From positions 256,853 to 320,852 of the forward strand of contig CAVWRJ010000021.1 of NCBI GenBank assembly GCA_963757335.1: 64,000 bases of DNA. Reading direction: 5' to 3'. Every line of letters begins with the position of its first letter. Positions within the stretch are counted from its first letter, which is position 1. The stretch comes from an uncultured Acidobacteriota bacterium. GTDB taxonomy: Bacteria; Acidobacteriota; Thermoanaerobaculia; Multivoradales; UBA5704. The notes below the pieces were generated by a model, which worked only from the letters and a program-made list of their open reading frames with translations, had not been told where the DNA came from and made no database searches. Positions 51,408-59,818 of the stretch are shown in pieces. A program made the position numbers and the translations under genes.

Positions 51408-54400
51408 TCACACTTGGAGGAGCTTCCGCAGCTGCTCTAAGCTCGCCGGGTGCGAGAAGTAGCTGATGTGGTCGCACGCCACCTCCCGTGTGTCCGGCAT
51501 CTGCTTCCACTTCGCGCCCAGACTGCCGATGCTCTTCACGCTCACCGCGATGTCGTTGGGCTCGAAGAGGAACGCCACGGATGTCGTCTTGTGGAGGACC
51601 TTCTTGAGCAGCCGCTCCACGCGCGGCCCGTCCGCGGCCGTGGCGAGCGAGGTGTTCCCCGCGAGCACCACGTAGGGGATACCGGGATCGTCGAGGCTCC
51701 CGAGCGAGGTCAGGAACGCCGAAGCGGGCCTCATCTCATCGAGCGAGTTGTCGATCTTCTCCAGGCCGGCAAAGAGCGACGCAATCGCCGACGCCTCCCA
51801 CGAAATCTTCGTCAGGCCGTTCAAGGCCAGCGAGGCCGCGCCGGTGAGCCAGTCCTCGATCGTCGACCAGCTCGATCCGGCGTTCGGAGTGCCACAAAGA
51901 ATGACGCGCGAGACGATCTCCCGGCCGCCGAGCTTCTCCATGAACCAGCGCGACACGAGCCCGCCCATGGAGTGCGCCACCAGCACGACCTGCTTGCCGT
52001 GCCCAGGGGCGAGGCCGCATGCCGCGAGACGCTCCTGCAAACCCTCGGCGTTTTCCTCGATCGTCGTGTTCAGGTTCTCATAGTCGAACGCAAGGTAGAG
52101 GTCGCCTGGCGCCGGCGCAAGGCGCGCCCCCATCGCTCGCGTGTCCCCGATGATCCCGTGGACGAAGACGACGATACGCCGCGCCTTCGCCACCTTCGCC
52201 TGGAGGTGCGCGAGGTCCGTGTCGTAGGTCACCTTCCCCTGCTCGTCCCATGCCGCCTCGGCGAGCAGCGGGTACCTGTAATCCTTCCCGAGCAGCGGCG
52301 AGGTGAACTTCTGGAAGAGGATCCGGATCGAGCCGCCCAGAGACCGCGAGCGGTTCTTCATCGGGTATGGGAGGCGGGAGATCGTCACCATCGTCTTCCC
52401 TCTCCGGGCACCGCCGCTGCCGAGGATGAGATAGTCCTCCCCGTCGTACGAGACGGCGAGGACGATGTCGCCGTCGGCGGCGACGCTGGGAAGGGTCACT
52501 TCGAGCGGCTGGTCGGGTGTGACGACGGTGGGGTCGACGACCTCGCTCAGCTCGAGGACCGAGAGCGGCGCCGAGGAGCCCCGGCCCGCCGAGAAGACGA
52601 TCGTCTCGCCGGAGTCGGGGGTGCGGAAGAGGGGCGGCAGTATCGCGGCGCCGACGTCACCCCGCGTCTCCGAGAGCGTCGTCAGGCGCGCACGAGAGCG
52701 CAGCGTCGGGTGCGCCCCGATGGCGACTCCCGCCCCGACCTCCGCCGTCGTCGCCGCATTCACTTTGACCCCCGCCGCCGGCTCCACCGTCGTCACAAAG
52801 AGGGTCGTCGTCTGGAAGTCGCGGATCTCGTCGTCGTCGGAGGCCGCCGAGATCGTTCGCCTGCAGCCGCGGGCCAGCAGTCGCTCAAGGGTGTTGGCGA
52901 TCGACTGCGGAGCGGCCCGCCTCATCGGCGCGCCGAGCGCGGAGAGCGCCGCGGGGCTGATGTCGAAGGGAGCCGTGCTGACGATCACCTTCAGGATGTC
53001 CTGCGACTCCGTCCTCCCTTCCCGTCGTAAAGGCCCCGGAATCTGCGCCTTGAGCGCCCTCCCGTCGAGCGCCCACCCCGCGGCGTCGCCGGGCCGCAGC
53101 TTCAACACGCCGCCCTTGACCAGCCCCGGGTCGCACGCGTACAACTCGTCAAGCGCCAGCATGCCGAAGTGCAGGTCTCGCTGTCCGCGGTTCCTGAAGC
53201 GCACGCGGAACTTCGGCGCCACGAGCCCCTTGTCGGTGCGGGTGGCCGTGAGCCGGAGGCTCGGGCCGCCCAACTCGCGCTCCCCCACCTGGTCGGCGAG
53301 CACCGTCACCTCGAATTCGGACGGGTCGATCGCGCTGACCGAATTCTCCAGGTCCCGGAAGTGCAGCCACTGTGCGATGTGCTCCGCGTTCTTCACCCCC
53401 TCCTCGGCGGTCGAGGCCGGCGCCACCAGTTCCCGTCCGTCCGCGCCCCGGAGCAGGCGAAAGCTCCCTGCGGCACATTCGAGGATGAAGTCGGCGCGCT
53501 CCGTGGCCTCCGCCACGTAGGGGCTGCCGGTCAGCGCCCCGCGCGCCGCCGCCACCTCTCCCGCGTCTCCGGTCAACCGGACGGAGTGGGACGACAGGGG
53601 CGTTGTCGTGAGCAACGCCTTGTAGGTTTCACCGCTCTTCACCGTGCCGCGCGTGACGCACAGCCGGCTTCTCGCCCCCTGCACCTCCACGACATCCGCC
53701 ACCGCGACCGCGTCGCTTGCCTTCGCCGTCGCCTTGAGCTCGCCGAGCGCGTCGAAGAGCGCGACGGTGGCGGATTCTCCGGCGACCGGCGCGGGGACGC
53801 CGTGGATCGTCCCGCCGTCCATCCACCAGTCGCCGTCCGACTCCGCCGTGTAGAACGCCTTCGCACGCGACTGGATTGCCCCCTCGATGAACGAACGATC
53901 GAGGTCGGCATCCGTCGTCGCCTCGACCTGCGGCTCCTGCCCCGGGACGTTAGCGATCACCCTCGCGCGCACTCTCGCCGCCAGGTCGCGATAGGTCGGC
54001 GTGCCGGGGCTCTGGCGGAGCGCCTCGAGCAGGAACCACGAGAACGCACCGCGGTGCACTCCCCCGCTGTAGTACTCGGTCGCCTCCTGATCGTCGCAGC
54101 AGGCCGCGAGGAGGACGTGCCGGCCGTCGTCGCCCAAGTCCCAACCGCTCTCGCTCGCGCGCGCCGAGGCGATCGCCTGCACCTCGGGGAGGAACGATGC
54201 AAGCGGCCGGTCGCGCACGTCGAGGGGGAAGCGGCGGACCTTCGCGCCACTCGCCAGCGCCCGCGTGCCGGACCCCGAGTGACACGAATCGAGAATGACG
54301 ACGACGTGCGCGCCCGTCGCCGCGAGCGGCCGGAGGAGCGCCGCGAGTTCCTTGTCGGCGAGGTCCCATCCGCCGGGCTGCCGGCTGTCCCAGAGGACGA

Positions 54401-54716
54401 GCGTCTCGTCGAGCCGATCGGGCTCGACGGTCCAGAAGATCTCGGGGGATCGCTCGCGCGAGCCGTGGCCCGCGTAGTAGAAGAGCGCTGTGTCCGCGGC
54501 GGTCACCTTTCCCAGGTGCGCGCGGAAGGCGGCGATGACGCTCTCGCGCGTCGCCTGCTCGTCGACCAGGGTACGCAGCCGCAGGCGCTCCGGCCTCACC
54601 CGCAGCGTGAGGAGCTCCGCGAACGCCGCCACGTCATTGCGACAGCCCGCCAGCCGGTGCGCAGGATCGAGGTACTTGTCGATCCCCACGAGAAAAGCGT
54701 GAAGGACTTCAGACAT
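51408..54716 (-). CDS. 1102-aa multidomain protein: N-terminal caspase-like peptidase C14 domain, about 600-aa middle region of unknown fold, C-terminal alpha/beta-hydrolase (lipase/esterase-like)
   Basis: Caspase His in LFYYAGHGS and Cys in VVILDSCHSGSG. C-terminal VVFVHGIIGD plus nucleophile elbow LVAHSMGGL. RBS GGGAGG 6 nt before the ATG. Confidence 0.7.
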   Translation of the reverse strand: MSEVLHAFLVGIDKYLDPAHRLAGCRNDVAAFAELLTLRVRPERLRLRTLVDEQATRESVIAAFRAHLGKVTAADTALFYYAGHGSRERSPEIFWTVEPDRLDETLVLWDSRQPGGWDLADKELAALLRPLAATGAHVVVILDSCHSGSGTRALASGAKVRRFPLDVRDRPLASFLPEVQAIASARASESGWDLGDDGRHVLLAACCDDQEATEYYSGGVHRGAFSWFLLEALRQSPGTPTYRDLAARVRARVIANVPGQEPQVEATTDADLDRSFIEGAIQSRAKAFYTAESDGDWWMDGGTIHGVPAPVAGESATVALFDALGELKATAKASDAVAVADVVEVQGARSRLCVTRGTVKSGETYKALLTTTPLSSHSVRLTGDAGEVAAARGALTGSPYVAEATERADFILECAAGSFRLLRGADGRELVAPASTAEEGVKNAEHIAQWLHFRDLENSVSAIDPSEFEVTVLADQVGERELGGPSLRLTATRTDKGLVAPKFRVRFRNRGQRDLHFGMLALDELYACDPGLVKGGVLKLRPGDAAGWALDGRALKAQIPGPLRREGRTESQDILKVIVSTAPFDISPAALSALGAPMRRAAPQSIANTLERLLARGCRRTISAASDDDEIRDFQTTTLFVTTVEPAAGVKVNAATTAEVGAGVAIGAHPTLRSRARLTTLSETRGDVGAAILPPLFRTPDSGETIVFSAGRGSSAPLSVLELSEVVDPTVVTPDQPLEVTLPSVAADGDIVLAVSYDGEDYLILGSGGARRGKTMVTISRLPYPMKNRSRSLGGSIRILFQKFTSPLLGKDYRYPLLAEAAWDEQGKVTYDTDLAHLQAKVAKARRIVVFVHGIIGDTRAMGARLAPAPGDLYLAFDYENLNTTIEENAEGLQERLAACGLAPGHGKQVVLVAHSMGGLVSRWFMEKLGGREIVSRVILCGTPNAGSSWSTIEDWLTGAASLALNGLTKISWEASAIASLFAGLEKIDNSLDEMRPASAFLTSLGSLDDPGIPYVVLAGNTSLATAADGPRVERLLKKVLHKTTSVAFLFEPNDIAVSVKSIGSLGAKWKQMPDTREVACDHISYFSHPASLEQLRKLLQV

Positions 54717-54773
54717 CGTCGACCTCCCGAGATGCCGCCGGGCGCCCTCGCGACCCTACGGAGGGATGTTATT
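54717..54773. promoter_or_regulatory. 57-bp divergent intergenic region between the caspase-hydrolase gene and the CHAT operon
   Basis: Both start codons have strong Shine-Dalgarno sequences (GGGAGG / GGAGGGA). The promoters must lie within or overlap this segment. Confidence 0.3.
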
Positions 54774-56063
54774 ATGCCTCTTATCATGAATATTGGTAGA
54801 TCCGGGGCAGGTATCGACGAGCTTACAGTCGACATCCAGAGCCAAGGCGACCGCACGTTCGTCAAGGTCGAGGATCAGAGTCTCGAATTTGAGGTTCCGT
54901 TCTCGCGCGAGGAGGTCGAGAACGCGCTGGCCGCCGCCTCCCCAAACCACGCCTCAGCTCAGGGGTTACCGTCGCTCGGCTCGACACTCTTCAGCACCCT
55001 GTTCTCGGGCGACCTCGGTCGCGCGCTCTGGCAACGGATGGCGGAGGTGGAGCGTCTTGACCGCGGGCTGCGGCTCCGCATCCTGTCGAACTCGGAGCGC
55101 GCGCAGCACCTGCCCTGGGAGCTCCTGTTCGACCCGTCGCGCGGCGATTTCATGGCGCTCTCCGGCCGCATCGCTCTTGTGCGCACGCGCCCCGAGGGGT
55201 ACAAGCACGAGGAGTCGCCCACGCCGCTCGCGCAGCTGCGCATCCTGGCCGTCGAGGCCGACACGACCGGTGGCAGCCTACGCACGAACGATGACATCGA
55301 GACGCTCGAGCAACTCGCGAGCATGTCCGGCTTGGTCGACTTGACGGTTCTCCGCAGCGCGACGACAGCAGCCCTCGAGCAGGCACTCGAGAAGGGTCCG
55401 TTCCACGTCTTTCACTTCGCAGGGACGGGCGAGGTGCTACCGAAAACGTCCAGGAAGGGTGGCCTCAAGCAGGCGCTCCGGCTGATCGGGTCGACGCCCT
55501 CTGGAACGACATCCTCCGGGGTGCTGCTCAACCGGCACGAGCTCGGCGAAATGCTGCGGCGAGCCAACGTCCGTCTCGCCGTGCTGAATGCCTGCCGCTC
55601 TGACTGGATCGCGCGCAGCGTGGCGCGGTACGTCCCTGCGGTCATCGGGCTGAGGGAGGACGCAGAGATCGAGTCTTGCTTGCTGCTCTGCCGGTCCCTG
55701 TACCAGTCACTCCTGCTGCAGCGGCAGCCGCTCGACCTCGCCGTGACGGCGGCTCGCCAGGCGATGAATCTCGGCGCGCGGCCGGGGATCGCCGACTGGT
55801 GCAAGCTGATCTTTTACCTGCAGCAGAAGGACGGGACTTTCCTTGCGGCGGAGGAGTCGGCACGGCTGGCGGCGGCGAGTCACTCCGCGTCGCCGAAGAG
55901 CAAGGAGTACGCGAAGCTCGCGCGCCTGCTCGATGTCCACGAGGCCAACCTCAACGCCCTGACGAAGGGAGTCGGCGTCGGTGCGACCAACGCACCGAGC
56001 GAGCTCGTGGCCTCGCTGCAGCAGAAGATAGACGAGATTAAACGGCAGCTCGGGGAGGCGTAG
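54774..56063 (+). CDS. CHAT-domain protein with degenerate catalytic histidine (HxAxHG becomes FHFAGTG), Cys retained
   Basis: FHVFHFAGTGEV and LAVLNACRSD in the CHAT fold order. RBS GGAGGGA. Confidence 0.6.
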   Translation: MPLIMNIGRSGAGIDELTVDIQSQGDRTFVKVEDQSLEFEVPFSREEVENALAAASPNHASAQGLPSLGSTLFSTLFSGDLGRALWQRMAEVERLDRGLRLRILSNSERAQHLPWELLFDPSRGDFMALSGRIALVRTRPEGYKHEESPTPLAQLRILAVEADTTGGSLRTNDDIETLEQLASMSGLVDLTVLRSATTAALEQALEKGPFHVFHFAGTGEVLPKTSRKGGLKQALRLIGSTPSGTTSSGVLLNRHELGEMLRRANVRLAVLNACRSDWIARSVARYVPAVIGLREDAEIESCLLLCRSLYQSLLLQRQPLDLAVTAARQAMNLGARPGIADWCKLIFYLQQKDGTFLAAEESARLAAASHSASPKSKEYAKLARLLDVHEANLNALTKGVGVGATNAPSELVASLQQKIDEIKRQLGEA

Positions 56064-56070
56064 GGGAGCC

Positions 56071-57864
56071 ATGACGGAAGGCGATGCGGTAACGCGACTC
56101 CGGTTGCTGACCGGACGGCTCGCCGAACGGAGCGCGCAGCTGCTGGCGATGCGCAGGCTTGTGGAACCGTTGCGCGCCGGAGGGCTCGAGCCGGTCGAGG
56201 GGGAGATTGGTCTTCTCGGCGAGATGGAGGAAAAGCTGCAAGCAGCCGTCGCCCTCCTGGCGAAGACGGAAGACGACCAGCCGCTCGACGCGCTGAACGA
56301 GCAGCTCGACGAGCTGCTGAATGACGTCAGCTGGGAGCTGGAAGAGGACTTGCGGCCCGACCTCACGCGGAAGCACCAGCGGCAGGAGGATCTGCTCCGC
56401 GAAGTCGGCCTGGACCTAAAGACGTGGGAGGGGCGCGTCACGGAGCTCGCGAAGAAGATCGAGACCGCGCGCTTCGAGGGGGCGCCGTTCTCCGCCTTGG
56501 AGGGGGACCTGGAGCGCGCGCGCCGGCTCCTCGCCAGCATCCGCTCGGCGATCTCCGATCGGCTGTACCGCGGCCTTCCCGAGATCCAGGAGTCGGCGAA
56601 GGAGGCGATGCGGCTTCTTGAGGAGAACGTCGCCAAGGCTCAGCCGCAGGTCGAGAAGGTGAAGAAACTGGTGAAGCAGGCCGACCTCCTGATCATGCAG
56701 GTGGGCCTCGCGGATGGCGACTACGAGTATCGCGTGCTGCTGCGGTCGGCCGACCGGATCCAGACCCGCGGGATCAACATCATCCAGGCCGTACGGCGGT
56801 TGAGCCAGGCGGACCGCAACTACATGAAGGACCTGTTGGCGCAGCTCACCAGCAGGATGAACGAGGAGATCCGGGCCGTACACGCCGCTGCCCACCCCGA
56901 GTCACCCAGCCAGTTGCGGACCATCCTCCCCGCCGAAGATTCCTCTGGCGCTCCGGCGCGCAATACGACCGAAACGCTCGCCGTGCTCGGCGAGTTCATG
57001 TACCGGCTGGTGATCCCCGGAGAGATGCAGCGATATTTGCAACGCGAGGCTTGGTCGTTCAGCATCACGACGAACGACCTCGAGCTTCCGTGGGAGCTGA
57101 TTTCGTTCGAGCGACCGGAGGAGGAATCGAACGCCCCGGCGTATCTCTGCCTCGAGCGCTGCATCTCGCGCATGCCGCTGGGCGGCGTCTTCCCGCCGCC
57201 GCCCCGCCGCCGCTCGGCGGGGGCGCCACGGAAGCGACGGATGCTGCTCATTCACTCCGACCCTAAGGGGGACCTACCGGCCGCGGCTCGGGAGGCGGAC
57301 GCCATCGCTAACGCGCTGTCGGACGAGTTGGAGATCGACCGCGTCGATCCCGATAGGGCGACTAACGCGAACCTCAACGACATCCTGATGGGGACGCCGT
57401 TCGACTTCCTCCACTACGCGGGGCACGCCTACTTCGACAAGAAGGACCCGAACCTATCCGGGCTACAGCTCAAGGATGGCCTGCTCACGGCGGAGAAGAT
57501 CCGGCGGCTGAACAAGGGAGGCTCGCTGGTCTTCCTCAACGCCTGCGAGTCGGGGACGGTGGCGCGCGACAGCGAGGCGCAGCAAGTGTCGTACCTGCTG
57601 ACCAACCCTGAGCCCGTGGTCGGGCTGGCGTCGGCTTTCGTCTACAGCGGGGCCCTCGGGTGCGTCGGATCGCTGTGGCCCGTGTACGATCGCCCGGCAG
57701 CGGAGCTGGCGGTGAAGTTCTACGAGCACGTGCTGTTAGGCGAGCCGACCGGCGAGGCGCTGCGCAAGGCACGCAATGACATCCGGGCCGCGTATCCGCG
57801 GGAGGTGACGTGGGCGGGGTACGTCCTGTACGGGGATCCGACGTTCCGTATCACCGAGACATGA
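56071..57864 (+). CDS. CHAT-domain peptidase with a roughly 350-aa N-terminal coiled-coil/helical domain
   Basis: DFLHYAGHAYF (His-His pair) and LVFLNACESG (Cys). 7-bp gap after the upstream gene. Confidence 0.75.
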   Translation: MTEGDAVTRLRLLTGRLAERSAQLLAMRRLVEPLRAGGLEPVEGEIGLLGEMEEKLQAAVALLAKTEDDQPLDALNEQLDELLNDVSWELEEDLRPDLTRKHQRQEDLLREVGLDLKTWEGRVTELAKKIETARFEGAPFSALEGDLERARRLLASIRSAISDRLYRGLPEIQESAKEAMRLLEENVAKAQPQVEKVKKLVKQADLLIMQVGLADGDYEYRVLLRSADRIQTRGINIIQAVRRLSQADRNYMKDLLAQLTSRMNEEIRAVHAAAHPESPSQLRTILPAEDSSGAPARNTTETLAVLGEFMYRLVIPGEMQRYLQREAWSFSITTNDLELPWELISFERPEEESNAPAYLCLERCISRMPLGGVFPPPPRRRSAGAPRKRRMLLIHSDPKGDLPAAAREADAIANALSDELEIDRVDPDRATNANLNDILMGTPFDFLHYAGHAYFDKKDPNLSGLQLKDGLLTAEKIRRLNKGGSLVFLNACESGTVARDSEAQQVSYLLTNPEPVVGLASAFVYSGALGCVGSLWPVYDRPAAELAVKFYEHVLLGEPTGEALRKARNDIRAAYPREVTWAGYVLYGDPTFRITET

Positions 57865-57992
57865 ACTGCAGGCGACGCCTCCCGGCGTTCGCGACAGTGC
57901 TCTTTTCGAGTCGTCACCCCAATCCAGCGCCGCCGCAGCTCTCTAGCAATGATCGCCATCGCCGCTGAATTAGGGTGTAACTGCTGTCCCGT

Positions 57993-58411
57993 CAGCCTCG
58001 GCCCGGCTGCTCAAGTTGATCGCGGAGCGTTACTCCCTAGAGTTCAACGCCGACGAAATCAGGGTCGTCGATCACGACAACGCCGACGAAACGCGGATCA
58101 GCGATACCTTGAGCGGCGGAGAAACCTTCCTGACCTCGCTGGCTCTCGCCCTGGAGCTCAGCGACCAGGTGCAGCGTGCCGTCGGCGCGGTGAATCTCGA
58201 CAGCCTGTTCATCGACGAGGGTTTCGGCACTCTCGATCCCGACACTCTCGCGCTGGTCTCCGAGACCCTCCAGGGGCTCCGGGTAGGGGGCCGGATGGTC
58301 GGCATCATCACCCACATCCCGGAGCTGCGAGACGAATTCGCCCAGCAGGTGATCGTGACCAAGCGCCAGGGCTACTCGACCGTCGAGGTCCGCGGCGCCT
58401 CTGATTCGTAG
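57993..58411 (+). pseudogene. duplicated 3' fragment of sbcC, about 97% identical to 50979-51364
   Basis: Alignment of the two segments shows about 10 substitutions in 420 bp. Encodes ...RYSLEFNADEIRVVDHDNADETRISDTLSGGETF...VEVRG with no N-terminal part. Confidence 0.8.
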
Positions 58412-58448
58412 GTTCTGGAGACGGCGTGATTGGGCCCGAGCCGTACCT

Positions 58449-59339
58449 CTAAGCGACCGGGGCGCTGAGGCAGCGCTGCAGCAGGCGAGCGTCTCCGAGC
58501 CGCTCCGCGTAGGCAGCGAAGGCGGGGGTGAGGCCGCGCCAACGGAGCTCGTCGACATCGCGGAAGAGGAGCGCGTCGGTCCGGAGCGTCGCCAGATCCT
58601 TGAACCGCAGCGCCAGATCGCGGTCCCGCAAGACCTCGGGAGGGAAGCTCTCGAGGATGCCGTAGCGGTTGAGGAGCCGTGCCGCCGTCTTGGGGCCGAT
58701 TCCAGGAATGCCTGGATAGCCATCCGCGGCGTCGCCGACGAGAGCAAGAAAATCGGGGATCAGAACGGGGTCGATCCCGAACTTCTCGCGGACTCCTTGT
58801 GCGGTGAAGATCTTGTTCCCTCGGCGGTCGACCTGCACCACCCGGTCCTCGCGGACGCACTGCGCCAAGTCCTTGTCAGGTGTCCAGATGCAGACCTTCT
58901 GCACTCTTTTGTCGGCTGCGGCGATGCGGGCGGCGGAGGCAAGCGCGTCGTCCGCCTCGAGCTCGACCATGGGCCAGACAGCGACGCCCATGGCGGTGAG
59001 AGCCTCTTCCAGCGGGTGGAACTGCGCGAGGAGCGCGCGCTCAACTCCCTCTGCCGTCTTGTAGCCGGGCCAGAGACGGTTCCGGAAGGACAGGATGACG
59101 TGGTCGGTCGCCACGCCGAGGTGCGTCGCCCCCTTCTCGATCATTTCCAACACCGTATGGAGGACGCCGGTTACGGCCCCGAACGGCGCATTCTTTCCCT
59201 GATTAAAGCGGCGCCGGCCGTAGTAATGGCGGAACAGCTCGTACGTGCCGTCGAGAAGATGAACCATCATGGCGTCACTCGGTTCGTCGGCAGGCAGATC
59301 ATGAGCTCCGAAGTCTACGACGCGAGTCAAGGAGTCCAC
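58449..59339 (-). CDS. FEN-like 5'-3' exonuclease (Xni/ExoIX-like, PIN plus H3TH)
   Basis: H3TH motif GYPGIPGIGPKTAARLL and an acidic-residue PIN region. Confidence 0.8.
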   Translation of the reverse strand: MDSLTRVVDFGAHDLPADEPSDAMMVHLLDGTYELFRHYYGRRRFNQGKNAPFGAVTGVLHTVLEMIEKGATHLGVATDHVILSFRNRLWPGYKTAEGVERALLAQFHPLEEALTAMGVAVWPMVELEADDALASAARIAAADKRVQKVCIWTPDKDLAQCVREDRVVQVDRRGNKIFTAQGVREKFGIDPVLIPDFLALVGDAADGYPGIPGIGPKTAARLLNRYGILESFPPEVLRDRDLALRFKDLATLRTDALLFRDVDELRWRGLTPAFAAYAERLGDARLLQRCLSAPVA

Positions 59340-59407
59340 GCCCCTGAGGAGCTCACGTGGCGAGAGGAGGGAGAGAGGCGGGGTGGGGACGCTGGTAAGA
59401 TGAGCCG

Positions 59408-59809
59408 ATGCTGGAGCTTTTACGAGAACGGCTCGCAGAGCTCCCCGAGGTGCGCCTCGCCGCCGCCTTCGGCTCGGTCGCCCGGAGCGAGGAGAGACCG
59501 GGGAGCGATCTCGACCTTGCTCTCCTCCTTGAGACTGTCTCCATCCCTCGGCGGTGGGAGATCGAAGCGGCCCTCGGGCGCGCGGCTGGCCGGGAGGTCG
59601 ATTTCGTCTACCTGAACGAGGCGCCCCCTCTGCTGCGCTTCGAGATCGCGAGGGATGGCGTGCTCCTGCTCGAGCGGAACCCGGGCGACTGGTCCGATTT
59701 CCGCGCCCGAGCCATGATCGACTGGTGGGACTGGGCGCCGACGGCGAAGGTGATTACCGACACGATCCTGCGCCGGCAGAAGGAGAAGCTGGAACGTGGT
59801 CAAGCCTGA
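59408..59809 (+). CDS. nucleotidyltransferase-domain protein (MNT/MntA-like), no HepT partner found
   Basis: GSVARSEERPGSDLDLALLL (GS...SDxD) motif. Confidence 0.6.
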   Translation: MLELLRERLAELPEVRLAAAFGSVARSEERPGSDLDLALLLETVSIPRRWEIEAALGRAAGREVDFVYLNEAPPLLRFEIARDGVLLLERNPGDWSDFRARAMIDWWDWAPTAKVITDTILRRQKEKLERGQA

Positions 59810-59818
59810 GGTCGCCTC

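Noticed and set aside
51365-57992. Looked for an integrase, recombinase, tRNA or att-like inverted repeat inside the island
   Set aside because: None found. Only the three protease or hydrolase genes are present, so the insertion mechanism stays unresolved and I did not annotate one.
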